Positions 1 to 10,605 of a DNA stretch of 64,000 nt are shown here, one piece after another. How positions within the stretch are numbered: position 1 is the stretch's first letter; each line of letters begins with the position of its first letter. A program made the position numbers and the translations under genes. The notes under the pieces were generated by a model, which was not told where the DNA came from, searched no databases, and was given only the letters and a program-made list of their open reading frames with translations. The DNA is from Candidatus Ozemobacteraceae bacterium. Lineage in GTDB: Bacteria > Muiribacteriota > Ozemobacteria > Ozemobacterales > Ozemobacteraceae. The DNA is taken from contig OZ223236.1 of the NCBI GenBank assembly GCA_965140445.1, positions 1 to 64,000 of the forward strand. Direction: 5' to 3'.

Positions 1-2
1 TT

Positions 3-1388
3 CACGAGAACGGTGTCAAAATAGGAACAGGCAACGACTGCGACATTCAAATAAACAAAATTGGAATTGCCAGGCAGCACATTCAACTTAGATACAATGC
101 TGATGGTTATTTAACTTTGCAAGATCTGCAGAGCCCCTTCGGAACCACAGTAAATGGACAGAAAATACAACCTGGCTTTATAACAACAGTTTCTCCAGGA
201 ACATACGTTGAACTTTCTGAAGATGTGTTTTTGCATCTCCAGGCCGAACCAGAAGATGAATCAAGTGGGCCAGTCGAACCTAATAAAATTTTTCCTTTCT
301 TCATGAACAGTAATGAACAATACGTAAGGAAAGTTTTTTCAAAGGTAAAAACCAAAATCCCACGCGCACATTTTTCTGCATTAACCGCCGCCGAAGGTGA
401 GTTGATTACTAAGGTAAAAGAACTCTCTGCAATAATTGAAGTAACATTTGCTTTAAATTCTATTACCAGTTTCCACCGCCTGCTTGAATTCACTCTTGAA
501 ATGGCCTTAGCTGTTACTGGAGCTGAGCGAGGTTATATCTCTTTGTTTAACCCAGAGTTAAAAAGACTGGAAACCGTTGTTGCCAAAAATTTTCCAGCAA
601 AAGATACCTACAATGATTTTCTTGCAACCTCCGGTTTGATAAACAAGGTTTTTGAAACTGGAATTCCTCTAGTTGGCCCTTCGCATAACTTTCAAATTGA
701 AGGACGGCGAGGCAAGCAATTGACAGATTCGGGAATAATGTCTATCGGAGCTGTTCCACTAAAAGAATTATCTTCAATAATAGGTGTTTTGTATGTTGAT
801 ACCAAAAACAACGGTAATATACTTTCATCTAGAACAGAGCAATTGATGCAGGTTTTTGCGACACAAGCCGCTGTAGCAATTAATAAAGCCAGAATGTTCC
901 ACAATGCTACAACAGATGGACAAACACAGCTTGGAAATAAGAAATTTTTTATGCAGCGACTCACAGAAGAGTTTTGCAGGGCACAAAGGCATCAAAAGCC
1001 GATTTCCCTTATTTTAATGGATATTGACTATTTCCATAAAATCAATGAAAGCTATGGGGAACACAATGGAGACAAAGTCTTGCGAGAAGCTGGCAACATA
1101 TTCCGTCAAACAACGAGGGTGCACGACCTTGTAGCTAGATTTGGACCTGACTCATTTGCCATGTTGTTACCTGAAACTGAAGCTGCGGGCGCAAGAATTG
1201 TAGCCCAGAAACTAAAAGACGCACTTTCCCAGACAATTATCAGAGTAGAAAAAACTTCAATTCAAGTTACCGCTAGTTTTGGAATTGGGGCTAGCATGAG
1301 AAGCACCGAAAAGGCTTCAGACCTACTTAGATATGCTGAAAAAGCAATTAAACAAGCACAGAGAAAAGGCGGCAATCAGATATCCTGA
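3..1388 (+). CDS. FHA-like + GAF + degenerate GGDEF signalling protein (5' end lies outside the window)
   Basis: The frame is open from base 3 (HENGVKIGTGNDCDIQINKIGIARQHIQLRY...LQDLQSPFGTTVNG, FHA-like). It continues with a GAF region (AERGYISL, VPLK..IIGVLYVD, FATQAAVAI) and a GGDEF fold (LMDIDYFHKIN..YGEHNGD, RFGPDSF). Confidence 0.85.
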   Translation, partial: HENGVKIGTGNDCDIQINKIGIARQHIQLRYNADGYLTLQDLQSPFGTTVNGQKIQPGFITTVSPGTYVELSEDVFLHLQAEPEDESSGPVEPNKIFPFFMNSNEQYVRKVFSKVKTKIPRAHFSALTAAEGELITKVKELSAIIEVTFALNSITSFHRLLEFTLEMALAVTGAERGYISLFNPELKRLETVVAKNFPAKDTYNDFLATSGLINKVFETGIPLVGPSHNFQIEGRRGKQLTDSGIMSIGAVPLKELSSIIGVLYVDTKNNGNILSSRTEQLMQVFATQAAVAINKARMFHNATTDGQTQLGNKKFFMQRLTEEFCRAQRHQKPISLILMDIDYFHKINESYGEHNGDKVLREAGNIFRQTTRVHDLVARFGPDSFAMLLPETEAAGARIVAQKLKDALSQTIIRVEKTSIQVTASFGIGASMRSTEKASDLLRYAEKAIKQAQRKGGNQIS

Positions 1389-1428
1389 TTGCCAGATATA
1401 GTCAGACTTACATTATAAGGATGCGAAT

Positions 1429-3068
1429 ATGATCAATCCATTAGACGATCTCGATTTTTCCAGCGGAATTGGCAATCTAGATGAACTTGAAAAACTCGCT
1501 GGATTTTCCCCAGCCTCAAAAGGTGAGAATATAATAAAGAAAGTTGCGGGTAATCTAACCAAAAAGAAAACTGACAGCAAAATCACCGAAGCTGTAGATC
1601 CTCTTGCAGAAAAGCACTGGGAAACCCATAAAAAATTCGCCCAGGGCTATGAAAAATTCGGAAGACCATTTGCACTTTTCGTAGGTGATCTTCTGGACAT
1701 AATCCTTAGCGGCCCAGTTCAAACTAAACTCGTCAATGAAATGATTGAAGAGAAAATAAATAAGATGCGTAAGTCTAAAGAAGCATCTTCTGAGCCAAGC
1801 ACTCACAAAGTTAATGTTCCGGCGAAAAGAAGCGCAAAATATGACGTTTCAATAGGCGGAGAAAAGCGCGTTTTTGTAAGACACTTCTTAAAACGCAAAG
1901 GCTTTCTTGCAGCCTTGTTTCTGGACAGTGAAGAGTATCCTGCCTTCAAAAAGCTTATAAAGCAAATCGAAACCGTTTGCAGAGAAGAAATAACAGAAAA
2001 GCTTCCTGAACAGGAAGAAGCAAGGAAAACAGAATTAACCAAAATCATCAAAGAGCTTAAATTTGAAATCAAACCGGTTGATGTTATTAAAGCCTGGGCG
2101 CTTCTGGAAGCAGATAATTTTAAGCACCTCAACTGGGTCTATGATGAAACAAAAAACCTTCATCTTGTCCGTCCAAACTTTTATGATGACCTGGATAAAG
2201 CTTATAGAGATGTGAAAAAACTTATTAAATTACTTATCGCAGAGTTTAATGAGGAATTTCCTCCACACCTTGACAAGCAAGATGCCATCGAAGATTACTT
2301 AAAAGACATTCTGGAAGTTTACACTCATCATCATTTCGTTCTTAAGTTCTTCAATCAAACCAGACCAAGCTTCACTCTCAAAGACTTTGAAATGACAAGA
2401 GAAGAGCTACAGGAAAAAATTGAAGATCTAAGAGAAGAAAGCAATGAGCTTAGAAAAACCCACAAGCAAACAATAATTGAAAAAGATCAGGCAAATGCTG
2501 AGCAAGAGCTCTAAGAAATGAATGCGAAGCACTTAGACAGAAGCTTGCTAAACTTGATCCTGTTGAAGTTCAAAAGCAACTCCAGGCGCAAGAATCTAAA
2601 TATAACTCCATGAAACGCGAAAAAGATGCAACTCTTGAAGAATACAATGAGCTCCGGGAAGATTTGCGGAAAATGGACGAAGAAAACCAGGAACTAACCA
2701 AAAAGCTTCAGCAGCTAAACGCTATTCCAGATGAAAGCGCCTATTCAGTTGAAGGACTTCTCGAAGGAAAAAGAATTGTTATTTTTGGTGGAGTAGGCAG
2801 AGACCATTACCTTCCTATATTGAAGGAAGCTGGAGTGGCTGCTGATGACTACGAATGGTATGAAGGTTATCACACAATTTCCCAGGCCAGAACTTCAGAA
2901 ATCGTTGGCAGATGCGATGTGGCAGTAGTTGTTACAAGCTACGCCGGGCATCTTCTTCTTTATCAGGTAAGACCATGCATTAAAGAACACCAGCATTTTT
3001 TCAAAATACACAATAGTGGCGCCGGATCGCTCAGGAAAGAAATACTTAATACCTTTAAGAAAAACTAA
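1429..3068 (+). pseudogene. Coiled-coil protein with C-terminal DUF2325-like domain, split by a 1-nt frameshift near 2500 (real lesion or sequence error)
   Basis: ORF 1429-2514 ends ...DQANAEQEL*. The -1 frame is open from 2502 (ARALRNECEALRQKLAKLDPVEVQKQLQAQESKYNS) and runs straight into ORF 2610-3068 (IVIFGG...CDVAVVVTSYAGH). Confidence 0.7.
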
Positions 3069-3098
3069 ATCTACGTACAAGGCCAAACGTTTTAAAAA

Positions 3099-3668
3099 AT
3101 GAAAGCAACGCCAGAGGAACTATGGCAGCTTGCCCTAAAAGGAAATCAAGCTGCCTGGAAAGAATTGTATGAGTGTTTTGGGAAAGGACTTTATCAGTTT
3201 TTTCTCAAAAACACTCGAAATTCTGAACTGGCAATGGACAAAGTACAGGAGGTTTTTCTAAAAATTTTTCGGAGCAAAGAGTCCTTTCATTATGGCAACC
3301 TGAAAACCTGGATATATAGAATTGCCAGAAATCTTCTAATTGATGAATGGAGAAAATCTGGTAATAAGGAAATCCCCTCAGAGATGAAATTTGATATCAA
3401 AGATGACAACATACATCTCGAAGAGCAGGTTATAAATGATCTTCACCAGAACAGGCTGGTAGAATTGCTTGATGAATCATTGCTCCTGATACCCGAGGAA
3501 GAGCGTCTTGTGATAGGCCTGGTATATTTAGGTGGATTAGCAATTCCAGAGCTTTCAGAAGTGATGGAAATACCGCTTGGAACTGCAAAAACAAAGGTAA
3601 GGCAGGCAAGATTGAAATTAGATTCTGTCCTATCTGAGAAAATGAAATTAAACAATCTGGAAAAGTAG
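3099..3668 (+). CDS. ECF RNA polymerase sigma factor
   Basis: Region 2 (DKVQEVFLKIF, LKTWIYRIARN) and region 4 (ELSEVMEIPLGTAKTKVRQAR). Confidence 0.92.
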   Translation: MKATPEELWQLALKGNQAAWKELYECFGKGLYQFFLKNTRNSELAMDKVQEVFLKIFRSKESFHYGNLKTWIYRIARNLLIDEWRKSGNKEIPSEMKFDIKDDNIHLEEQVINDLHQNRLVELLDESLLLIPEEERLVIGLVYLGGLAIPELSEVMEIPLGTAKTKVRQARLKLDSVLSEKMKLNNLEK

Positions 3669-3669
3669 T

Positions 3670-4836
3670 ATGGATTGCAATGAAGTAAAAAATCTAATTC
3701 TTGAAAGTAAAAACCTGAAAAGCTTAAAAAGCAATTCTCAGGTGTCTTTACATTTCCAGAACTGCAAATCCTGCCAGGAAAAACTTTTGCTGGAAACCAA
3801 AATAAGAGAAGGCTTTCAGACAATTGCAGACCAATCACCTCCTCCACAACTTTTTGAACGAATAATGGCTATCCAAAAGCAAGAAGTAATAAAACCTCCG
3901 ACAGAGAAGAGCTTATTACGGCAATTAACAGATCTTGTTAACAATTTTACAGTTCGAGTAGCTTTTGCTTCGGCCTTAACCGGATTTTGTGCTGCAATCA
4001 TTTTTAACTGGAATTCAACGGGTCGCTACAAAATTCCAGAGCAAAAAACGTTTTCAAAAACAACTCAAGATTTCTCTTCCCCCAAAACCTCACCCCAGAA
4101 AAGCAAATCCATAAAAACCTACGCCGATGATTCCGAAGTATCTTTTTCTAATGAAGGTCTTATCGATTCTCAAAAAAACAAAGATTTTAAAATTGCATTA
4201 AAAAACAAAAAAAGCGCTCCAATGAGAGCCATAAATAAACTGGATTCTTTTAAATCAGAATCTAAACCTGAACTGGAGGAAATTCCAGGCGCTGTGACTT
4301 TTTCTTTAAAAGAAGAAAGAAGCTCTGCACCTTCAGCACAAATGCATGTTGGCAATAGCCGAAAGATAGCCGGCCCAGAGCCTGAAACTGCAATGCAGGA
4401 CTCGTCATCCGAATCTGATAAAATGATCATTGCACTTGCTCCATCAGAAAGCTCTTTTGCCGAATCAATAGAAACAGAATCTTCGCCAAAACTAAGAAAA
4501 AAAGCAAAGTTAATCATCAGTAACGGAAATAAATTATCAACAAAAAATAGAGTTTTAGCTTCAAGAATGGCCGACAGTTTTGAAGCTAACGATGACATAG
4601 CAGAAGAAAAAGTTAGCCCCACGCAAAGTAGACAAAAAGAAAATGAAAAAGCCAGAAAGATTGAAAAAATAATTCACAATAATTTTTTAACTCCTTCAAA
4701 TGAATTTATATCGTTGGAAGAGTGGGTTATACAAGGCATAATTTCAAAACAGGAAGAAAAACTTTTAGCTCCTCCAGCAGGAAAAAAGTGGTTCGCAGTA
4801 AAAGAAAATGAAGTCTATAAAATAGAGGCTAGATAG
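3670..4836 (+). CDS. Zinc-binding (ZAS/zf-HC2) transmembrane anti-sigma factor
   Basis: MDC...HFQNCKSC matches HxxxCxxC. One TM helix (VAFASALTGFCAAIIF) is followed by a long S/E/K-rich extracytoplasmic region. The gene starts 1 nt after the sigma gene. Confidence 0.8.
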   Translation: MDCNEVKNLILESKNLKSLKSNSQVSLHFQNCKSCQEKLLLETKIREGFQTIADQSPPPQLFERIMAIQKQEVIKPPTEKSLLRQLTDLVNNFTVRVAFASALTGFCAAIIFNWNSTGRYKIPEQKTFSKTTQDFSSPKTSPQKSKSIKTYADDSEVSFSNEGLIDSQKNKDFKIALKNKKSAPMRAINKLDSFKSESKPELEEIPGAVTFSLKEERSSAPSAQMHVGNSRKIAGPEPETAMQDSSSESDKMIIALAPSESSFAESIETESSPKLRKKAKLIISNGNKLSTKNRVLASRMADSFEANDDIAEEKVSPTQSRQKENEKARKIEKIIHNNFLTPSNEFISLEEWVIQGIISKQEEKLLAPPAGKKWFAVKENEVYKIEAR

Positions 4837-4959
4837 AATAAATTTTACTTTCTAAGCCCGTTTTAGCAAAGCCACAAAACTCAATAGCGTACCTTCTTGT
4901 AAAAGTCGGCCTTTGAGTGTATCCTTTTCCCTGAAAAACATTCATTTCAGGAGGATAAT

Positions 4960-5280
4960 ATGTCTAAAGAATTTAATGAAAATGACTTTCAGGCGGAAGT
5001 TTTAGATTTTTCCGGATCAGCACTGGTAGACTTCTGGGCTCCATGGTGCGGACCTTGCAGGATGATGAGTCCTATCATTGATAGTCTGTCAGAAAAATAT
5101 AAAGATCAAGTTAAAATTGGCAAAGTTAATGTCGACGACAGCGCAAGTATTGCCGCAAAATATAACATAGCATCTATCCCCACTCTCATTTTCTTTAAAA
5201 ATGGCGAACCCGTGCATACATTTACTGGCGCAACAACTGAGTCAGACCTTGAAGCCAAAATAAAAGAGCACCTCCTCTAA
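4960..5280 (+). CDS. trxA: Thioredoxin
   Basis: DFWAPWCGPC, SIPTL; AGGAGG RBS. Confidence 0.96.
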   Translation: MSKEFNENDFQAEVLDFSGSALVDFWAPWCGPCRMMSPIIDSLSEKYKDQVKIGKVNVDDSASIAAKYNIASIPTLIFFKNGEPVHTFTGATTESDLEAKIKEHLL

Positions 5281-5346
5281 TCCTATTTTCTTTCTTACTA
5301 ACCAGACTTTCGCCAGATCTGGCATAACTTTTTACAGGAGCATTTC

Positions 5347-7566
5347 ATGGATCAAATCATCAATAATGACGCTATAGAAGCCATTATCAAAACGGATCAT
5401 AATGACCCATTTACTATTCTTGGTTCACACCAGGCAAAATTTAAAGGGAAAGACTGCGTTGTAGTAAGAGCATTCCTCCCCGATGCAGAAAAAGTTGAAG
5501 TTGTTGATATAAAAACAGGCGAATGTTTTTCTATGAACAAACTCCATGATTCTGGCTTCTTTGAAGGCATCATAAGCTCAAGAACTGAAGTTTTTTCATA
5601 TAGATTAAAAAGTTATTACCCTAACGGCGCGAGCGCTGAATTTTTTGATTCATATTCTTTCACCCCAAGCCTTAGCGACACCGACCTCTATCTATATAAT
5701 CAAGGCAACCACCATGAAATATATACAAAGCTGGGGGCGCATTTAAGATTTATAGATTATGGAAAAGAAAAAATTGGTGGAATTGGATTTGCAGTTTGGG
5801 CCCCTAACGCTAAAAGAGTTAGTGTAATAGGAGATTTCAACTCATGGGACGGCAGACGTCACGTAATGAGATCTCTGGGCTCTTCTGGGATTTGGGAAAT
5901 TTTTGTACCTGGCCTTCAGATGGGACAAAATTACAAATTTGAAGTGAAACTTACCAGCGGCGCCCTAGTGGAAAAATCAGATCCGTATGCTCTCTACGCC
6001 GAGAGAAGACCTGATACCGCAAGCAAAACCTATGATTTGACTGGATACGAATGGAATGACGAATCATGGATGACCGAAAGAAAAGCCAGAAACTGGAAAA
6101 AAGAACCTGTTTCAATATTTGAATGTCACCTTGGTTCTTTCATGAGAAAAGAAGAAGAAGGCAATAGATTTTTAACTTACAAAGAATTAGCCCCTATGAT
6201 TGCAGATTACTGCAAAAACCTTGGCTACACTCACGTTGAACTGCTTCCAATCACTGAGCATCCGCTTGATATGTCATGGGGTTATCAGGTTACTGGATTC
6301 TTTGCACCTACAAGTAGGTTTGGAACGCCAAAAGACTTCATGCACTTTGTAGATCATCTACACAACGAAGGACTCGGAGTTATACTAGATTGGGTTCCAG
6401 CTCATTTTCCAAAAGACGCTCATGGATTAGCCAGATTTGACGGGACAGCGTTGTATGAGCACGCAGACCCTCGACAAGGCGAGCATAAAGACTGGAAAAC
6501 CCTTATTTTTAACTTTGGCAGAAATGAAGTAAAAAACTTTCTAATCAGTAGTGCCTTGTTTTGGCTTGATAAATATCACATTGATGGAATAAGAGTTGAC
6601 GCAGTTGCTTCAATGCTTTATCTGGATTACTCAAGAAAAGATGGCGAATGGGTTCCAAACCAACACGGCGGTAGAGAAAACCTTGAGGCAATTGAATTCC
6701 TGAAATACTTAAATAGCGTTTGTCATGACAAATTCCCTGGAATTATGACCATCGCAGAAGAGTCAACAGCATATCCTGGAGTATCCAAGCCATGCAGCGA
6801 AGATGGTCTTGGATTTGATTTTAAATGGAACATGGGATGGATGAATGACACTCTTGATTACTTCAAAAAAGATCCAATCTACAGAAGATATCATCATAGT
6901 GCCCTTACATTCCCACTGATCTACTGCTTTAATGAAAATTTCGTATATGTACTTTCTCATGATGAAGTTGTTCATGGCAAAGGAAACATCATTAATAAAA
7001 TGCCAGGAGATTTCTGGCAGAAATTCGCCAATGTCAGACTTCTATATAGTCTCATGTGGACCATGCCTGGCAAAAAGCTCCTATTCCAGGGAACAGACTT
7101 TGGACAATGGAATGAATGGAACGATGGGCAAAGCCTGGATTGGCATCTGTTAGGATTTGACTCTCATCGAGGAATCCAAAGATTGGTAAGCCATCTCAAC
7201 TACCTATACAAAAATGAAACAGCACTTCATGTTAAGGACTGTGAGTCAGAAGGTTTTGAGTGGATTTCTTTTGATGATGCAGATTCTAGTATCATTAGCT
7301 GGGCAAGAAAAGGTGAAACTCCAGATGATCTTATAGTCTTCATTGCGAATTTCACCCCGGTAGCACGAAAAGACTTCCGTCTAGGTGTGCCTCGAGAAGG
7401 CTTCTATAAAGAAGTTCTAAATTCTGACTCTGAGCTTTACTTTGGCTCCAACGTAGGCAATTACGGTGGCAAATGGGCAGACAATACATGGCTCCACAAT
7501 CAGCCTAATTCAATAACAATAGATGTTCCACCATTAGCCATTGTGGGTTTTAAGCTCTCACAATAA
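5347..7566 (+). CDS. glgB: 1,4-alpha-glucan branching enzyme
   Basis: [48 protein letters not shown]. Confidence 0.97.
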   Translation: MDQIINNDAIEAIIKTDHNDPFTILGSHQAKFKGKDCVVVRAFLPDAEKVEVVDIKTGECFSMNKLHDSGFFEGIISSRTEVFSYRLKSYYPNGASAEFFDSYSFTPSLSDTDLYLYNQGNHHEIYTKLGAHLRFIDYGKEKIGGIGFAVWAPNAKRVSVIGDFNSWDGRRHVMRSLGSSGIWEIFVPGLQMGQNYKFEVKLTSGALVEKSDPYALYAERRPDTASKTYDLTGYEWNDESWMTERKARNWKKEPVSIFECHLGSFMRKEEEGNRFLTYKELAPMIADYCKNLGYTHVELLPITEHPLDMSWGYQVTGFFAPTSRFGTPKDFMHFVDHLHNEGLGVILDWVPAHFPKDAHGLARFDGTALYEHADPRQGEHKDWKTLIFNFGRNEVKNFLISSALFWLDKYHIDGIRVDAVASMLYLDYSRKDGEWVPNQHGGRENLEAIEFLKYLNSVCHDKFPGIMTIAEESTAYPGVSKPCSEDGLGFDFKWNMGWMNDTLDYFKKDPIYRRYHHSALTFPLIYCFNENFVYVLSHDEVVHGKGNIINKMPGDFWQKFANVRLLYSLMWTMPGKKLLFQGTDFGQWNEWNDGQSLDWHLLGFDSHRGIQRLVSHLNYLYKNETALHVKDCESEGFEWISFDDADSSIISWARKGETPDDLIVFIANFTPVARKDFRLGVPREGFYKEVLNSDSELYFGSNVGNYGGKWADNTWLHNQPNSITIDVPPLAIVGFKLSQ

Positions 7567-7574
7567 ACATCATC

Positions 7575-7617
7575 AAAAAAAAGGCTGACGATATTAATTA
7601 TCGTCAGCCTTTTTTTT
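7575..7617. terminator. Rho-independent terminator after glgB (bidirectional shape)
   Basis: A-tract, GGCTGACGATA, loop, TATCGTCAGCC, T-tract. Confidence 0.9.
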
Positions 7618-7691
7618 GTTACTAATGTCTTCAATAAACGTATCTGGAAGCTTGACTATATAATTTATGATATATTTTTTAGATTAAACTT

Positions 7692-10604
7692 ATGAAAGAT
7701 CAGAAAACACAAATAAAAGGCGGGGTTCTGTCTCTAGTATCCAGATTTCCACTAGCTTACTGGCTTTCTGCGATTTTGTGTTTTGTTTTGTTCCCTGGAT
7801 TTTTAATCAACATGGGTTTAAATCAGGTTTCCGAAATTTCATACGAAAAAGATAAAAAACAGACCTATCAAAAATTAAATCTAAGCCTTGAAAGACTGGC
7901 AACTTTTTCTAACGATAGGCATTTCGCACATCGCTTGCTGCTAAAAGTTTTTAAAAAAGCAAACCGGTCAAAAAATCCTCAAAAACAGCTGAAGAAAAGC
8001 ATAAGCTTTTTAAAAAAAGCATACCCGGATTGTTTTAATTTTATAGTTTGGGACATGAAAGGCAAACCAATTAAATACTTGTCTGATGAAAAGTCCTTTT
8101 CATACATGGCTAAAAAATCATTCAAGCTATTAAAAAAGGTAAAAGAAGATGTATTAAAAAACTACCCAGGCTTGCCTTCTAAAATCCCTGATATCCCAAA
8201 AGAACTAAAAGTCTTAAGAAATTTTCTTGGAAGATTTCTTGTAACAGATAAATTAGGTACTCCTTATCTCCAGGGTAAAAGAGGAGAAGTTGTACTTGTG
8301 GATGTTCCAGGAAAAAAATCCTGGCTATGGTACCAAATTGGAAAAAAAATTAGTTTTTTAACTTTTATCAACAATGATTTCTTTCAGCAAAGATCTGGTG
8401 CAAAGTATTTCATAAAGCACTTCAATAAAAACAATTTCTTTAAAACAGGCATATCTGAATTCCCAATTGGTTCAAACCTTTTTCCAATGTTTTCAGAAAA
8501 AGACCGAGGCACTATAACCCTTGCTCTAGCCAATTTTGAAAATCTTGCTCCAAACTCAATTAATAAGGTTGGTGATTTACTTATTGGGTGTAAGTATCTT
8601 TCACAAAATCTAAGGGGCTTCTGCTTTACCAGGTCTTCAAACTTACCTCTACCAAGCGAAAGAAAAATGGCTTTAATTGCTAAGTTTGCTAAGTTTTCAT
8701 TACCCATCCTGATTATATTCTTAGCGATTTACTGGAAGCTTGGGGGATTCATGTCAATAAGGCTCAAGCTCTTATTTCTCTTCCTTTATGCTGTTTCCAT
8801 GCCCCTGTTAATTCTTTCAAGCATTGGTTTTGAGTATATTCACCATTCAGAGCAAAAATTAATTTATGAAGCACAACTCGAAGGATTTGAAATCTTAAAT
8901 CGTTTTGATAAGGATTTTGATGCTTTCAAAATCCAACAAAAGGATAAAATGTGGAAAATTATCAAAAAGATTAATAGTGATCCAATAACATTTTTATCTA
9001 ACCAAGAGCAAATAAAGCGATTCAGAAAACAAATTGTAAAGCAGTTTAATGTTGACGTCCACTTACTTATAGATCTGGACGGAAAAGACCTGTTTTCAGG
9101 TATAGCAGAGACTGGTCTTTATGACTCATCTTTCAGTCTTAATCTTGCTAAACAAACGATACAAACAATTAGGAATTTTGGTCAGATTAAAATTCCAGAA
9201 AATAAATTCTTTAACACCACTATAATCTACGATTCTTTAACCAGAATAGGAGAGCTAACTTACATTGGAATCGGGCAAAACGAAGTGTACAGCATATATC
9301 ACTTCATTGGAAATAAAAGCACTTATGATATCAGAGCCTTTTTTCAAGTAATGTGGTTACTAAAAAAACTACAAAAAAAATATTTGCTTGAGACTTTGCC
9401 AAATTTTGGAGAAATTACCAATAAATCACTTCTCTATGGTTACATCCCTGATGAAGATGGCTTTATAGGCAAATCAGGTGCGGTTCCCAGAGAAATAAAA
9501 CAAATCCTGAGACAGGCAGACAAAGAGCTGATTGTACCCAACCAGACTATAAAAATAGGCGATTCTGAATATTCTGTCTCAGCCCAAAAAGGTTTAAACC
9601 TTAGCAAGCTTTCTATTGCTGCGTGCGTTTCATTAAAAGAAGTCAAACAAAGAACACTCTCACTTAAGAGAAAACTAATAGGTTTTGCCTTAATTTGCAT
9701 ATTTTTCTCTTTAATTCTTGGAAACATAATTACCCAGACCTTCTTTTCTCCAATAAACCAATTTAGCGAAGCAATTTCAAACATAAGCAACAGAAATTTT
9801 TCTTTTAGAACCGACATCAAAACAAAAAATGAGTTTGGTGATCTAGGCGAAGCTTTTAACAAAACCCTTGAAAACTTGCATGAACTAGAAACGGCTAGAA
9901 TTGTTCAGGAAAATCTTCTTCCTGGAAACAGAAAATCAACAGAAAGCTTAGAAGTGTTCGCAGAAACAATTTCAATGTCACAGGTTGGAGGAGATTACTA
10001 TGATTTTATTGAACTTCAGCCAGATCGTTTAAACATTTTTCTGGGAGATGTTGTTGGACACGGTGTTGCAGCTTCCCTGCTTATGGCAATGGCCAAATCT
10101 ATCATCATCTATGAAAAAAATAAAAAATCTTCACCAGAACAACTAATGACTTCCCTCGGAAACATGCTTTTTACGCTAAGAAAAAAGGGTGCTAAAGAAT
10201 ACATGACCGGACAGCTACTCACTTTTGATAACTCAAACGATAAAATTACTCTGATTAATTCAGGTCATCCCTATCCAATCAAGATTTCAAAAGATGGTAA
10301 ACATTCTGAATTCTTAAAAATTGGCGGATTCCCCCTTGGTTTTCAAAAAAATGCAAAACACACCACTCTTACTTCCAGACTCCTGCCGGGAGAAACCATA
10401 GTTCTTTATACAGACGGTATAGTAGAAAGTTCTAGCGATTCTGGGGAGCTATTAGGATTTGACCGGCTTCAACTATTGGTAAGAAATTCATGGCATCCTG
10501 AACCGGAAATTTTCTTTAAAAACTTAATTTCTCTTCATTCTAAATGGGGAAAAAATCTTAAAGATGACATAAGCCTTGTGATTATTAAAAGAAAAGAAGT
10601 TTGA
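7692..10604 (+). CDS. 4-TM membrane sensor with HAMP and SpoIIE/PP2C phosphatase domain
   Basis: Four hydrophobic segments; HAMP (SPINQF...NEFGDLGEAFN); PP2C motifs VGGDYYD, GDVVGHG, LYTDG, DDISL. Confidence 0.9.
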   Translation: MKDQKTQIKGGVLSLVSRFPLAYWLSAILCFVLFPGFLINMGLNQVSEISYEKDKKQTYQKLNLSLERLATFSNDRHFAHRLLLKVFKKANRSKNPQKQLKKSISFLKKAYPDCFNFIVWDMKGKPIKYLSDEKSFSYMAKKSFKLLKKVKEDVLKNYPGLPSKIPDIPKELKVLRNFLGRFLVTDKLGTPYLQGKRGEVVLVDVPGKKSWLWYQIGKKISFLTFINNDFFQQRSGAKYFIKHFNKNNFFKTGISEFPIGSNLFPMFSEKDRGTITLALANFENLAPNSINKVGDLLIGCKYLSQNLRGFCFTRSSNLPLPSERKMALIAKFAKFSLPILIIFLAIYWKLGGFMSIRLKLLFLFLYAVSMPLLILSSIGFEYIHHSEQKLIYEAQLEGFEILNRFDKDFDAFKIQQKDKMWKIIKKINSDPITFLSNQEQIKRFRKQIVKQFNVDVHLLIDLDGKDLFSGIAETGLYDSSFSLNLAKQTIQTIRNFGQIKIPENKFFNTTIIYDSLTRIGELTYIGIGQNEVYSIYHFIGNKSTYDIRAFFQVMWLLKKLQKKYLLETLPNFGEITNKSLLYGYIPDEDGFIGKSGAVPREIKQILRQADKELIVPNQTIKIGDSEYSVSAQKGLNLSKLSIAACVSLKEVKQRTLSLKRKLIGFALICIFFSLILGNIITQTFFSPINQFSEAISNISNRNFSFRTDIKTKNEFGDLGEAFNKTLENLHELETARIVQENLLPGNRKSTESLEVFAETISMSQVGGDYYDFIELQPDRLNIFLGDVVGHGVAASLLMAMAKSIIIYEKNKKSSPEQLMTSLGNMLFTLRKKGAKEYMTGQLLTFDNSNDKITLINSGHPYPIKISKDGKHSEFLKIGGFPLGFQKNAKHTTLTSRLLPGETIVLYTDGIVESSSDSGELLGFDRLQLLVRNSWHPEPEIFFKNLISLHSKWGKNLKDDISLVIIKRKEV

Positions 10605-10605
10605 A

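Noticed and set aside
2499..2514. Programmed frameshift or stop readthrough
   Set aside because: There is no slippery sequence, and the downstream part is in another frame, so readthrough cannot join them.
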